Shown one piece after another: positions 8,931 to 19,708 of a stretch of DNA of 64,000 bases. The stretch is from Candidatus Zixiibacteriota bacterium (GTDB taxonomy: Bacteria > Zixibacteria > MSB-5A5 > GN15 > JAAZOE01). The stretch is from assembly GCA_043819555.1 (NCBI GenBank), contig JBDREQ010000009.1:32001-96000 (forward strand), given 5' to 3'. Position numbers and translations under genes: made by a program. Within the stretch, counting starts at the first letter, position 1; each line of letters begins with the position of its first letter. The notes beneath the pieces are model-generated. The model was not told the DNA's origin, did not search any database, and saw only the letters and a list, made by a program, of their open reading frames with translations.

Positions 8931-10295
8931 ATGAAACGGATTATTGAAAAATTGGGGCTGGCGATTATCATTTTGGCGTTGTCAATACCGGCAGTCGCCG
9001 ATGATATAGCCGTAACGGTTTATAATTCCGATCTGGGAGTCGTTCGTGAGACGCGGACTCTTGATTTCATGCAGGGATTAGGCAAGATCAAATTTGCCGA
9101 CGTAGCTTCGCGAATCGACGCCACTTCGGTCACTTTTAACATCGTTGATACGACCAAGGAAGTTGATATTCTTGAGCAGAATTATGATTTTGACCTGGTC
9201 AATCCGGACAAAATCTATGACAAATATATCGATAACAATATAGAGATCGTTACCGAAAAAGGCGAAGTGTTTACCGGCAGGCTTTTATCTTACAGCGGTG
9301 GATATCTTGTGGTCGAGCAAACTGACGGGAGGATAAAGACAATTTCCAAGAGCTGGGTGCGTGATGTGACTTTTCCTGATTTGCCGGAAGGATTGATTAC
9401 GAGACCAACCCTGTTTTGGGATTATCAGTCAAATTTTACCGGTACGGCTGAGGCGATAGTCGGCTATCAGACATCGGGAATGATCTGGCATGCTGAGTAC
9501 GTCGGAGTTTTGGATAAAGAAGACTCGCTTCTGGATTTGACAGGTTGGGTTTCGATCGACAACCGCAGCGGGAAAACTTATCAGGATGCGACTCTGAAGG
9601 TTGTTGCCGGTGAAATCCATCGTGCTCAACCCAAATACGATCGGGGTCTGGGATATGCCGAATTGGCAACGATGGCGCCTAAGAAGGCCGTTGGATTTGA
9701 GGAAAAAGCGTTTTTTGAATATCACCTGTACACTCTCCCCCGCAAAGCAACGATTAAAAACAATCAAATAAAACAGATTTCAATGTTTGAACCTGCACGC
9801 GCGATTATCAAAAAAGAGTTGCGGTATAATTCGACTCAGGGAATAGGCGACGTTAATGTCTTTATCAAAATAAATAATTCCCAGGAAGTCGGGCTGGGGA
9901 TGCCTTTGCCCGCCGGAAGGGTCAGGATTTTTAAGGCCGACACCGATAAATCGCTGATTATGCTTGGAGAAGATAGCATTGACCATACGCCGCGCAACGA
10001 AGATGTAAAGCTCAGGATCGGCAAGGCGTTTGATGTTATCGGTGAGACGACCGAAGTTTCCCGCCGCAGGATTTCGGACAAAGTTACCGAATTTGATTAC
10101 CGGATTGAGGTGCGCAATCAAAAGGATGAACCTGTAACAGTTATTGTCGAGCGCGGTTTTGGCGGGTTTTGGGAAATTCTCAATGCCAGCCTCGATTATG
10201 ATAAAAAATCAGCGTCAAGGATTGAATGGACTCTGGATATTGGACCTGAGAGTAAAGGGGTTGTCGATTTTACTTTGCGCCTTACCAGGGAATAA
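8931..10295 (+). CDS. DUF4139 domain-containing secreted protein
   Basis: Signal peptide; VTVYNSDLGVVRETR, EQNYDFDL, FEYHLY, LGMPLPAGRVR; RBS GGAGGG favours 8931 over 8919. Confidence 0.85.
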   Translation: MKRIIEKLGLAIIILALSIPAVADDIAVTVYNSDLGVVRETRTLDFMQGLGKIKFADVASRIDATSVTFNIVDTTKEVDILEQNYDFDLVNPDKIYDKYIDNNIEIVTEKGEVFTGRLLSYSGGYLVVEQTDGRIKTISKSWVRDVTFPDLPEGLITRPTLFWDYQSNFTGTAEAIVGYQTSGMIWHAEYVGVLDKEDSLLDLTGWVSIDNRSGKTYQDATLKVVAGEIHRAQPKYDRGLGYAELATMAPKKAVGFEEKAFFEYHLYTLPRKATIKNNQIKQISMFEPARAIIKKELRYNSTQGIGDVNVFIKINNSQEVGLGMPLPAGRVRIFKADTDKSLIMLGEDSIDHTPRNEDVKLRIGKAFDVIGETTEVSRRRISDKVTEFDYRIEVRNQKDEPVTVIVERGFGGFWEILNASLDYDKKSASRIEWTLDIGPESKGVVDFTLRLTRE

Positions 10296-10316
10296 ATAGA
10301 TAGGCTAACGAAGCAG

Positions 10317-10345
10317 TTGACAATCGAATGGCCATTTAATAAATT
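10317..10345 (+). promoter_or_regulatory. Sigma70-type promoter of the TPR gene
   Basis: TTGACA-17 nt-TAAATT. Confidence 0.55.
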
Positions 10346-10381
10346 GAACCGATTTTTTGACAAACATATCGGGAGGATAAG

Positions 10382-11764
10382 GTGAGGAAAATTAAAATCG
10401 CTATAGTAGCCGCACTAATCGTCGTTTTCGCCTGCCCTTTGGTACAGGCGCAGGAAAACAAAGAACTGTGGTCCGCATCGACTTATATTCAGTCGGCCAA
10501 GATTCATTATAAGCATGTTTATGTACCGTCAAAAGAACGAAAAGAATTGTATCATTGTATTGATCTGCTAAAAGAAGGGGCGGGGAAATTCGGCCATATG
10601 CCTGAATTTTACTATATGATTGGGACCTTCTATGCCGAGATTTATGCCATTGATACTGTGGTCGCATATTTTGATTCTGTCGCCATTTATTGCGCCGATG
10701 AGACTATCGATGAAAAGTATCGCAGAAACTGCTACAAGAAAGAAGATTATATCAAAAAAATGGAAAAACAGCGGTTGGCTTTCTGGGAGAAATCCTACAA
10801 TAGCGCCATCGGATACATCGACGAATTTGACCAGGTAACCGATATGAAAACGAATTCACCGGAAGATTCCATATCAATATATGATAGTCTGGCGACCAAG
10901 GCCTTTGATCTCGCGATGAGCGATTTTAATATGGCGTTAATGGCTCGGCCGGGCGATACGACAACGTTAATGGGCACGGCGGCATTATATCAGCGTCAAA
11001 ATATGCATAAAGAAGCAATCGATTTATACAATCAAATAAAGGAAATTAAGGGCGAGAATTGTGACATCACAAGCCGCATTGCTTATGCCTATATTAGCAT
11101 GGAAGATTGGCAAAATTCCATCGTATGGTTTGAAAAGCTTGTGAATTGTATTCCAGATGATATAAATTCTCTGATTAATTTGTCTGTCTCATATTATCAA
11201 CTGAAGGATTATGACAAATGGTACGAAACCACCGAAAAAGTTATATCTTTCGATCCGGAAAATCCTCAATTCCTCTTTAATGCCGCACAATATTGGTGGT
11301 ACAATAAAAGAAACGATTATACTGAACAACTATCGGAAATTGACAAAAATGCGACCGATGCCGCTGCTCAAGAAGAAGAGCTTGAGGCAAAAATAAATGA
11401 ATGCGCTGTAAAAACCACAGAATATCTTGAAAAAATGTTAAAGGTACATCCAAATGATTGTGATGCTTCAAGAATTTTGGGGTTTGCCTATATATTACTT
11501 TCAGACTATCCAAAAGTTATTGAATCGTTCTCCAACTATATTGACAATTGCGATTTGGATGAAGATCTTTTGGATATACTGGGACAGGCTTATTATCGCG
11601 AAGGTGATCTGGAAAACGCGATTAAGACCTATGAAAAACTCGTTGAAACCAACCCCGGCAGCGAAGTCGGCTGGGAATCATTGGGTACACTTTATGATGC
11701 TAATAAAATGCCGGAAAAGGCAAAAGAAGCAACCGCAAAGGCTGAGGAACTCAAAAAACTGTAA
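10382..11764 (+). CDS. Secreted tetratricopeptide-repeat protein
   Basis: Signal peptide ending VQA; TPR-like repeats such as LGQAYYREGDLENAIKTYEKLVETNP. Confidence 0.85.
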   Translation: MRKIKIAIVAALIVVFACPLVQAQENKELWSASTYIQSAKIHYKHVYVPSKERKELYHCIDLLKEGAGKFGHMPEFYYMIGTFYAEIYAIDTVVAYFDSVAIYCADETIDEKYRRNCYKKEDYIKKMEKQRLAFWEKSYNSAIGYIDEFDQVTDMKTNSPEDSISIYDSLATKAFDLAMSDFNMALMARPGDTTTLMGTAALYQRQNMHKEAIDLYNQIKEIKGENCDITSRIAYAYISMEDWQNSIVWFEKLVNCIPDDINSLINLSVSYYQLKDYDKWYETTEKVISFDPENPQFLFNAAQYWWYNKRNDYTEQLSEIDKNATDAAAQEEELEAKINECAVKTTEYLEKMLKVHPNDCDASRILGFAYILLSDYPKVIESFSNYIDNCDLDEDLLDILGQAYYREGDLENAIKTYEKLVETNPGSEVGWESLGTLYDANKMPEKAKEATAKAEELKKL

Positions 11765-11788
11765 TGATGCAATAAACTTTTGAATTTC

Positions 11789-11819
11789 AGGGCAGTCTTT
11801 TTTTAGGCTGCCCTTTTTT
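11789..11819 (+). terminator. Intrinsic terminator
   Basis: AGGGCAGTC...GGCTGCCCT followed by a T-run. Confidence 0.7.
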
Positions 11820-11823
11820 GATT

Positions 11824-14229
11824 ATGTCCGATAAATTAGTCAATCTGGCCATCGTTGGCCCACATCATAACCTGTTCACATATAAAATTCGTGACGCTGA
11901 TACAAAAAATCTCAAACCCGGATGCCGCTTTCTGGTTCCTTTTGGAAAAACGAGGGCGGTTGGATTTTTTGTGGAATTTCAAACCAAACCCGTTGATTAT
12001 CGTCTGCGTTTTATAAAAGAGCGAATAGATGCGTATTCTCCATTTCCCAAATATCTCTTCGATTTTTGCCGCTGGATTTCGGAATATTATTTCGCTCCCC
12101 CGGGAGAGACTCTGGCGGCGGCATTGCCGGGAACGGGAAGCAAAAAAACCAAACTTGATTTTATTCCCGGCAACATTGAATACCTGAAAACAATTTCCGC
12201 TGAAAATACCAATGAATACGGACTGGCTCGATACCTGCTTCGATACGGACACATCAAAGAAGAGAAAATAGCTGGCGATAAGGAAATTTCATTAATCGTT
12301 GAGCAATGGCTCGAAAGAAATATTTTAACAACTCGTTATCGCACCAGGCAAGCTCGAGCGAAACTTCTGGGATATCGGTTGGATAAGAAAAATATTATCG
12401 CGCCTTTGGAAAATCCAAAGCAATTGCAAAAAATTAATTCTGATATTATCTACTCACGGACTCAGCTTCTGGAAGAGATGGGGTTTTCGGATTATCGCGT
12501 CAAAAAACTGGTCGATGATAAATTCCTTAGAAAAATATATGATGAAGGCGGTGTAACACAATTAACTTCATGCCCGATTCGCCATGATTTGCCGGGATTA
12601 TCGCTTTTACCGGAACAAAAAAAGGCTCTCGATGAAATCGTCCCAGCCATTGCGGAGAAGGCATTCCGGCCATTTATGCTATTCGGCGTAACCGGCTCGG
12701 GCAAAACAATGGTGTATTGTCATGCCGCCAAAAATGCGGTCGAGTCCGGAGGTTCGGTTTTGGTGCTGGTTCCGGAAATCGCTCTTTCGGGTTTGCTCCT
12801 CTCTTCGTTCGCCGCCTTTTTCGGCGATCGAGTCGCGGTTATACATTCGGGAATGACTTTGAATCAACGACAGGCAATCAGACAAAAGATTCATTCGGGT
12901 GAGATCAAGGTTGTAATCGGGCCGCGTTCGGCTATTTTTGCGCCGCTTTACGATCCTCGACTTATAATCATCGACGAAGAACATGACCCGTCTTACAAGC
13001 AGGATGATCCCGCTCCCCGCTATCATGGCCGTGATGCGGCGGTGATGCTGGCGCGCATGGTCGGCTGTCCGATAATTCTCGGTTCGGCTTCACCGTCAGT
13101 TGAATCTTATTATAATGCCATAACAGACAGATATAAACTGCTGACTCTTAGCCAGCGCCCCAAATCCGGTTACCGGATGCCAAAAATTGTAATGCTGGAT
13201 ATGAAGACCGAAAAAATATCGGGCGAGTTTTCATTTTTATCTTATCGACTGAAGCGGGAAACTGAAAAACAGTTTGAAGCCGGCGGGCAGATAATTTATT
13301 ATCTCAATCGGCGGGGGTTTTCGCCGCAGATTAAATGCCGGGAATGCGGTCATGTGCCGGTATGTGAGAATTGCGGCATCACCTTAACTTATCATCGGGC
13401 GGATAATTCGTTGAAATGTCATTTTTGCGATTACGTTGAGCCTTCAGATAAGAATTGCGCTCGTTGCAACGGGCATGAATTTATTCATATCGGAACGGGA
13501 ACACAGCGGGTCGAGGAAAATCTGGCGGTGCTGTTTTCGAATATCAGAACCGAACGAATCGATTCCGACCGGGCCGCTTCAAAATCAGGGCAGCTGATTC
13601 TTGGCGATTTCGGCGAAGAGAAATTTGATTTACTTCTGGGGACGCAGATGATCACCAAGGGTCTTGATTTCCCGGGAGTGACGCTGGTGGGTGTGCTTTC
13701 GGCCGACATTGGGCTGGATATGCCTGATTTTCGAGCGGCAGAAAAAACTTACGCACGACTTTTGCAGGTGGCTGGGCGGGCCGGGCGAGGCGACCGCGAG
13801 GGCCTTGTTATGGTCCAGACATATTATAACGATCATCCTGTTATCAGAACGCTATCTGAAGGAAATTATGTCGAGTTCTTTGAACGAATCGTAAAAGAAC
13901 GGGAAACGCTTTTTTATCCTCCGTTTTCGAGATTGATAAATATTACTTTGCAGTCGCCGGATGAAAAATTGCTTGAGAAAGAATCGCTCGGTTATAGAAT
14001 TCAACTCGAGGAGCGTCTGGCGAAGTTGAATAATTTTGTTCTTTTGGGACCGGCCAAAGCTCCGCTTTATAAACTTCGGGGCAATTATCGGCGTCGATTT
14101 ATATTGAAATGCGCCGGAATTAGAAAAGTCGTTTCGCATTTGAGAAACTGGCAGAATGAAAAATCGAATTTTGGCCTGCCCGCCAAAATCCGCATAATCT
14201 TAGACATTGACCCGGTCAATATGATGTGA
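11824..14229 (+). CDS. priA: Primosomal protein N'
   Basis: GVTGSGKT, DEEHD, four CxxC pairs, TQMITKGLDF, QVAGRAGR, C-terminal DIDP. Confidence 0.97.
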   Translation: MSDKLVNLAIVGPHHNLFTYKIRDADTKNLKPGCRFLVPFGKTRAVGFFVEFQTKPVDYRLRFIKERIDAYSPFPKYLFDFCRWISEYYFAPPGETLAAALPGTGSKKTKLDFIPGNIEYLKTISAENTNEYGLARYLLRYGHIKEEKIAGDKEISLIVEQWLERNILTTRYRTRQARAKLLGYRLDKKNIIAPLENPKQLQKINSDIIYSRTQLLEEMGFSDYRVKKLVDDKFLRKIYDEGGVTQLTSCPIRHDLPGLSLLPEQKKALDEIVPAIAEKAFRPFMLFGVTGSGKTMVYCHAAKNAVESGGSVLVLVPEIALSGLLLSSFAAFFGDRVAVIHSGMTLNQRQAIRQKIHSGEIKVVIGPRSAIFAPLYDPRLIIIDEEHDPSYKQDDPAPRYHGRDAAVMLARMVGCPIILGSASPSVESYYNAITDRYKLLTLSQRPKSGYRMPKIVMLDMKTEKISGEFSFLSYRLKRETEKQFEAGGQIIYYLNRRGFSPQIKCRECGHVPVCENCGITLTYHRADNSLKCHFCDYVEPSDKNCARCNGHEFIHIGTGTQRVEENLAVLFSNIRTERIDSDRAASKSGQLILGDFGEEKFDLLLGTQMITKGLDFPGVTLVGVLSADIGLDMPDFRAAEKTYARLLQVAGRAGRGDREGLVMVQTYYNDHPVIRTLSEGNYVEFFERIVKERETLFYPPFSRLINITLQSPDEKLLEKESLGYRIQLEERLAKLNNFVLLGPAKAPLYKLRGNYRRRFILKCAGIRKVVSHLRNWQNEKSNFGLPAKIRIILDIDPVNMM

Positions 14230-14395
14230 AAATTCGACACGGTTATTCCAACCATATTAGTTAGTCTAAAACTATATAAAATCCCCCCGGAACAAATAAG
14301 GTGATTTTGTGTTTAATTTTATAGATTATATTGGTTTATGTATGCTTGACTTGCACCGGGGGATGACCGGAATTGAATAGTAAGGTGGGTTAAAA

Positions 14396-14713
14396 TTGAA
14401 TAAGAATTTTGAAGATAAATTATCGTCATATCCCAATATCAAATTCATGCTCGACGGGCTGCCAAAAGATATTTGGTGGGTCTTTTTGCCCGGTGATTTG
14501 GATAAATTGTTTTTGCTCGAATCGCTCGTCATCGATTTCAAGAAAAGAGAATTGGAACGTGAGCGCGTGATGTCTATTCAGAGAGTGTGTGATTTTCCGC
14601 TGCGGCCCAATGAATCACTGGCGGAAGTTCAGGCACGAGCGCGGATTCAGGGCAAGAAAAACGACAAAAAATTTCGCCGCCGTGGGCTTGATAACGACCG
14701 GGACTATTTGTAA
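14396..14713 (+). CDS. Hypothetical protein
   Basis: 105-aa ORF filling the gap, TTG start, basic C-terminus; no recognised motif. Confidence 0.5.
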   Translation: MNKNFEDKLSSYPNIKFMLDGLPKDIWWVFLPGDLDKLFLLESLVIDFKKRELERERVMSIQRVCDFPLRPNESLAEVQARARIQGKKNDKKFRRRGLDNDRDYL

Positions 14714-14778
14714 TTTTATTGTCAATTGGCAGCAAATATTTTATTAAAGTTTTGATGGTTAGCGCCTTAATGGAATGT

Positions 14779-16269
14779 CTAATTAAAGCGATATTCAATG
14801 CAAAGTTCAGGTTGCGGCCCGCCCTTAAAAACCGCATTTATCATAAAAGTCGCATCACCAACATCAACGCTATTATCGCAATTAGCGTCGCCTGACTCAA
14901 TCGGGTCCGGTGCCGGACCCTGTCTTAATGCATAATTAATTAACCATACCGCATCCCCAACATTTACCACTCCGTCATGATTGGCGTCGCCAGGTATAAA
15001 AACAGGGACATTGTGAGCTTTGAAAATATCCTCGAATGTTTGATTCCACGGGTATCCGGCCTTTCTCCATTCATCCATGAATTCATAAAAATTCCAGCAA
15101 TTCTCATGTTCGGGATCATCGGGCCGGGGGTCGGGGTTTTTTAGTATGTCCCAGATATTGTCGAATCCCGTCCAGCCAGTTGATGAGTTATGATCATTAT
15201 TATGACCGTACAGAATGGGACCTATATAATAATTGTCATCGTCTACCACATCATATAAATCCCAAAGACCGTTAAAAACTGCCGCTTCAACCTGTGAACC
15301 ATTATAAAGGGGATTTGGCTCTGAAGGGCCTTCAAAACTCTGGTAATAGACAAAAGGCGCATCCGGTAATGGCCGTTCCATATTGCAGGTTGGTGAATAT
15401 CTACCATAGATGGAATCTTTAAATACATGTGTGCCCCTTATTATACCCGTCAAAAATGTTGCGATTCCTTCATTGAATGCGACATCTGGTTTCCTATTAG
15501 TCAATCCGCTACTGTTTGTTTGATAGTCAGGCGGATGTTCCATATGATGTTCACCGAAGGCATATGGGGACATTTGACCATGGCAATATATGATATTATG
15601 GGCATATTCATGAAGTATAACAAAATCGTCCCATTCATCCCAATTATCATCAGCGCCATATTTATTATTGATATAAATTATTGGGTCGCCATTAATTGAA
15701 TATCCCCCGAAAAAACTGTTAACATATTGGGTATTTAATGAATCCCAAAAAACCCATACCGGTAAACGCCAATCCGATGTCATATTAGTGAATATGTCTG
15801 ATCCGTCTTTAATAACTTCAGCGATATGGTAAGGGGCAGGGAAAATGTCGTTTACGGTATAATCAATTGGAACATCCAAATCTTGAAATTGAGGATTTGT
15901 AATTTCAACTCCAAAAAAATATTCAATTACGGTTTCCCCTTCCCCGAGTGAGTGGGACAGGGTTGTAATTACATGAGCGGCGGAATTACAAGACCGAGTA
16001 AGGACCTTTATCCATTCCTTATCAGTGGCAAATCCAAAATTACCTTCATCATCTGTCGAAAATGCCTGGTCTATATCCCACTCGCCGTACCAGTCGTCAT
16101 AGTAAAATACATACCCGTAAGTGTTTCTGGAGGGCACTGTATCATAATTGAGATATACATTATAAAATGTCCCGGTTACCCCATATACATGGAGAAAGTG
16201 GATGTTTTTTGGGAGAAAAATAATGAAGAATCGGCTGAGTCTTTTTTCGGCGGATTTAAAATCGACGAT
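14779..16269 (-). CDS. Gluzincin-like metalloprotease domain + C-terminal dockerin-like domain (C-terminal part of a split gene)
   Basis: ILHEYAH and downstream FNEG; GDANHDGVVNVGDAVWLIN / GDANCDNSVDVGDATFMIN; frame is open upstream of the GTG at 16137 up to 16269. Confidence 0.75.
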   Translation of the reverse strand: MVDFKSAEKRLSRFFIIFLPKNIHFLHVYGVTGTFYNVYLNYDTVPSRNTYGYVFYYDDWYGEWDIDQAFSTDDEGNFGFATDKEWIKVLTRSCNSAAHVITTLSHSLGEGETVIEYFFGVEITNPQFQDLDVPIDYTVNDIFPAPYHIAEVIKDGSDIFTNMTSDWRLPVWVFWDSLNTQYVNSFFGGYSINGDPIIYINNKYGADDNWDEWDDFVILHEYAHNIIYCHGQMSPYAFGEHHMEHPPDYQTNSSGLTNRKPDVAFNEGIATFLTGIIRGTHVFKDSIYGRYSPTCNMERPLPDAPFVYYQSFEGPSEPNPLYNGSQVEAAVFNGLWDLYDVVDDDNYYIGPILYGHNNDHNSSTGWTGFDNIWDILKNPDPRPDDPEHENCWNFYEFMDEWRKAGYPWNQTFEDIFKAHNVPVFIPGDANHDGVVNVGDAVWLINYALRQGPAPDPIESGDANCDNSVDVGDATFMINAVFKGGPQPELCIEYRFN

Positions 16270-16916
16270 TTAATGCTGTCGGTTTTAGGCAATTCGATTA
16301 TTCCAGGCGGGATTTCAATAGAACGCTTAATGTTGACACTACTCCCGCTTTCGTAATAAATGGTTGTATCGGATTTCACAGAAGGTTCCGGTATTAAGCC
16401 TTCATTTAATAACACCGGCTCAATACCATTTGTAGAAAAACAAGGTGGATATACGTTTTCCGCCAAATTTTCAGGATTACAATGTGATGCTACGACTCCA
16501 TGAATTTCCGTTTGGAAATCTTCTTTTAACATTACGCGAATAGTAAATACATTTTCAATATTCGGTTCCAGTTTTCCTTTCCAGATTTGCTGAGACAAAA
16601 ATTCTATATTACTATCAGGTATTATGTATGCAATATCAATTTGGGCATCGGTCATTTCCTTAATTAACAATGAGGCCGAATCTCCCTCCAACACTCTCTT
16701 ATTTAGGATCTCTTGCTGTTCCTGAAGAATTCTGTAACTATGTCCATCAGGAATCAGCGTAAATGTCATAACAATATTAAACTCGGCCCCGTTTTTGTAA
16801 TCGCCGTCAATGCTGATTCCGCCTTCAATGTGCAATTTGGGGTGGCTTGGGCTCGATGCTGAACAAACGCCTGCCAGCATCATGATTGACAGAATTATCA
16901 GAAAAATATTCCTCAT
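16176..16916 (-). CDS. Secreted protein, probable N-terminal part of the split metalloprotease gene
   Basis: Strong RBS GGGAGG and signal peptide MRNIFLIILSIMMLAGVCSA; overlaps the downstream open frame by 94 nt. Confidence 0.7.
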   Translation of the reverse strand: MRNIFLIILSIMMLAGVCSASSPSHPKLHIEGGISIDGDYKNGAEFNIVMTFTLIPDGHSYRILQEQQEILNKRVLEGDSASLLIKEMTDAQIDIAYIIPDSNIEFLSQQIWKGKLEPNIENVFTIRVMLKEDFQTEIHGVVASHCNPENLAENVYPPCFSTNGIEPVLLNEGLIPEPSVKSDTTIYYESGSSVNIKRSIEIPPGIIELPKTDSIKSSILNPPKKDSADSSLFFSQKTSTFSMYMG

Positions 16917-17124
16917 ATAAAACCTCCCTATTTTTACATACAGTCGTTTATAGATACCGTCTAATTATCTTATACACTTTACTTGCCAGGGATTACTGAA
17001 TATTTCCCCATATTTTCCTTTTAAGAAGTTATTTAAATATAACTATAATTTAGATAATTGTCATTATGTTTTAAGGAATTTATATACACTTTTAGTAACG
17101 GCGTCAAATATCCGCACCAATCGC

Positions 17125-17153
17125 TTGACTCGATTGGTTTTTCATAGTACAAT
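17125..17153 (+). promoter_or_regulatory. Sigma70-type promoter of pepF
   Basis: TTGACT-17 nt-TACAAT. Confidence 0.65.
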
Positions 17154-17187
17154 CAGAAATTACTCAATCAAAAATCAGGGAGCGTAA

Positions 17188-18993
17188 ATGGGCACCAATG
17201 TAAATAAAATGCGCTGGGATTTGGAATCGATTTTCCCGGGCGGGTCAGAGTCAAAAGAATATGCCGAGTTTCGCAAAAAAATGGCCGGGATGCTCAAAGA
17301 AATTGAACAGGAATTTGAAACTTTGCCGAAAACGCTGGACAATTCTAATCTGGGCGATTGGGCAGAATTTTTGAATAAAATATCCGATACCGCCGAACAT
17401 CTTCATCAGGCGTATGGTTTTGCCGGACTTCTGATGGCGCAGGATGTCAAGGACGAGAAGGCCGTCATAATCGATGGCGAGAACATGGAGAATTTTTCCA
17501 AACTGGAAAAATTATTTGCTGATATCGAGGATTTTTCAAGGAACGCCACGGATGAATTTTGGGGAAAGCTTGTTAATCAGCCACCACTGGTTAAAACACA
17601 ATTTTTCTGGAATGAACTGCGCGATAAAGCCCGGATGAAAATGGAGCCCAAACTGGAAAAGCTGGCGATTGAGCTTGCCGTCAACGGGTATCATGCCTGG
17701 AATCGGTTATATGCCAGGATAGCCGGTGATTTGAAAACCGAGTTTACTGAAGATGGCGAGACGAAAACGCTTTCAATGGGGCAGTTAGCGACTAAATTCG
17801 CGTCCCCTGATAGGGCGATTCGAAAGCAGGCGTTTGAGAAACTGGAAGAATCATGGAAGACGGTCGATTCGATGTCGGCCATGACGCTCAATTTTCAAGC
17901 CGGTTATCGTCTGAGCCTTTACAAAAATCGCGGATGGGAATCGGCGCTGGTCGAGCCGCTAATGAACGGTCGATTAAAGCGCGAAACTCTGGACGCCATG
18001 TGGGACGCGGTATCGGGAGGCATTGGTAAAATTTCTGAATATATTGACACCAAGAAAAAGCTATTGGGGATTAAGAATTTCAGATGGTACGACCAAACCG
18101 CACCTATCGGCGAAACGGAAAAGAAAATTGAATACGATGAGGCATGTGATTTTGTCGTGGAGCATTTGACTTCGTTTTCGACCGAGATGGGAAAATTCGC
18201 TCGGCGGGTTATCGATGAACGATGGATTGAGGCTGAAGATCGATCGGGTAAGGCGGCCGGAGGTTTCTGCTCGGGAGTACCGCTCAAGAGACAATCTCGG
18301 ATTTTTATGACTTTTTCTGGCAATTACGAGGAGATAATGACTCTGGCTCACGAAATCGGCCACGCTTATCACGGTTTTGTATTATACGAACAGCCATATT
18401 TCGCGCGAAATTACCCATATAATCTCGCCGAAACGGCCTCGACTTTCAATGAACTGCTGGTGACCGACGCCGCTCTGAGTAATGCGGAAATCGAAAGGGA
18501 ACGGCTGGTCATGCTCGACCATAAAATTCAGGAAGGCTTGATCCTGTTTTGTAATTTGCACGCGCGCTATATCTTCGACTGTAGTTTTTATAAAGAGCGG
18601 GAAAAAGGAACTGTTGCCAAGGGACGGTTAAATGAGTTGATGGTCGAAGCTCAGAAGCAGGCCTATGGGGGCATTCTTGCTGATGATGGTTATCATCCGT
18701 TGTTCTGGGCGTCGAAGCTTCATTTCTTTGAGACGGAAGTTCCATTTTATAATTTCCCATACACATATGGTTATTTATTCTCAGGTGGCATATATGATCT
18801 GGCCAAAAAAGAGGGCGCCGGATTCGTTCAAAAATACCGATCACTGCTGGCTGATACCGGATCAATGACATCCGAGGATATCGCTCAAAAACATCTCGGG
18901 GTTGATTTGACCAAAGTTGATTTTTGGAAAGAAGCGGTCAATCGGGTTTTGGCTGACGTGGGACCATATATCGAGCTGGCAAGTAAAGGATAA
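17188..18993 (+). CDS. pepF: M3B oligoendopeptidase F
   Basis: WDLESIF, GKAAGGFC, TLAHEIGHAYH, AETASTFNE, FYNFPYTYG. Confidence 0.93.
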   Translation: MGTNVNKMRWDLESIFPGGSESKEYAEFRKKMAGMLKEIEQEFETLPKTLDNSNLGDWAEFLNKISDTAEHLHQAYGFAGLLMAQDVKDEKAVIIDGENMENFSKLEKLFADIEDFSRNATDEFWGKLVNQPPLVKTQFFWNELRDKARMKMEPKLEKLAIELAVNGYHAWNRLYARIAGDLKTEFTEDGETKTLSMGQLATKFASPDRAIRKQAFEKLEESWKTVDSMSAMTLNFQAGYRLSLYKNRGWESALVEPLMNGRLKRETLDAMWDAVSGGIGKISEYIDTKKKLLGIKNFRWYDQTAPIGETEKKIEYDEACDFVVEHLTSFSTEMGKFARRVIDERWIEAEDRSGKAAGGFCSGVPLKRQSRIFMTFSGNYEEIMTLAHEIGHAYHGFVLYEQPYFARNYPYNLAETASTFNELLVTDAALSNAEIERERLVMLDHKIQEGLILFCNLHARYIFDCSFYKEREKGTVAKGRLNELMVEAQKQAYGGILADDGYHPLFWASKLHFFETEVPFYNFPYTYGYLFSGGIYDLAKKEGAGFVQKYRSLLADTGSMTSEDIAQKHLGVDLTKVDFWKEAVNRVLADVGPYIELASKG

Positions 18994-19044
18994 GATGTTA
19001 TAGAGATTCAGGCCTGACGGGAATCAATACGATACAAAAACGTC

Positions 19045-19073
19045 TTGACGATTGTAATAAGTAGCGATATATT
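19045..19073 (+). promoter_or_regulatory. Sigma70-type promoter of the CDP-alcohol transferase/kinase pair
   Basis: TTGACG-17 nt-TATATT. Confidence 0.6.
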
Positions 19074-19095
19074 GGCAAACCAAATATAAGATTTA

Positions 19096-19707
19096 TTGAT
19101 AGGATCAAGATTGCATCATAGCCGGAGACAATATTACGAAGAGACCTCCACTCATTTAGGCGTTTATTGCCGCAAAGTCGGCCTGACCCCGAATATTCTG
19201 ACTGCCTTGTCATTTCTGTGCGCGATCGCGTCCGGATATTTTTTCTGGAAGAGTGAGATATGGTATGGTGTTATTTTTGTACTTTTAACTTCGCTTATGG
19301 ATATGCTTGACGGCGCCACCGCCCGGGCGGGAAATATGGGGACGACTTTTGGAGGAATTCTTGATCATGTTTCTGATCGCTATGGCGAGTTTTTTATTCT
19401 CCTGGGCATTGCCATATCGGGGATGGCTAATCCGGGATGGGCGATTTTTGCCTTATTTGGAATGCTTATCGCGTCATATACCAGGGCCGCGGCCGAATCA
19501 ATCGGGAATTTGCCAAGCGTTGCAGTGGGAATGATGGGACGGCTGGAAAAATTTATATTAATTATGGCCGGGGCGCTTCTTGAAAAATATTTCCCGGGCT
19601 ATCATATTTTAGCCATCTTTTTGATTATAATCGGAGTCACTTCCGTAATTACATCCGTTCAACGACTTCTATTTGCCAAAAAGGAATTGGAAAGACGATC
19701 CGCATAA
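19096..19707 (+). CDS. CDP-alcohol phosphatidyltransferase (PIP/AIP synthase-like)
   Basis: TPNILT; signature DMLDGATAR...GGILDHVSD; SYTRAAAES...VGMMGRLE; start codon uncertain. Confidence 0.9.
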   Translation: MIGSRLHHSRRQYYEETSTHLGVYCRKVGLTPNILTALSFLCAIASGYFFWKSEIWYGVIFVLLTSLMDMLDGATARAGNMGTTFGGILDHVSDRYGEFFILLGIAISGMANPGWAIFALFGMLIASYTRAAAESIGNLPSVAVGMMGRLEKFILIMAGALLEKYFPGYHILAIFLIIIGVTSVITSVQRLLFAKKELERRSA

Positions 19708-19708
19708 A

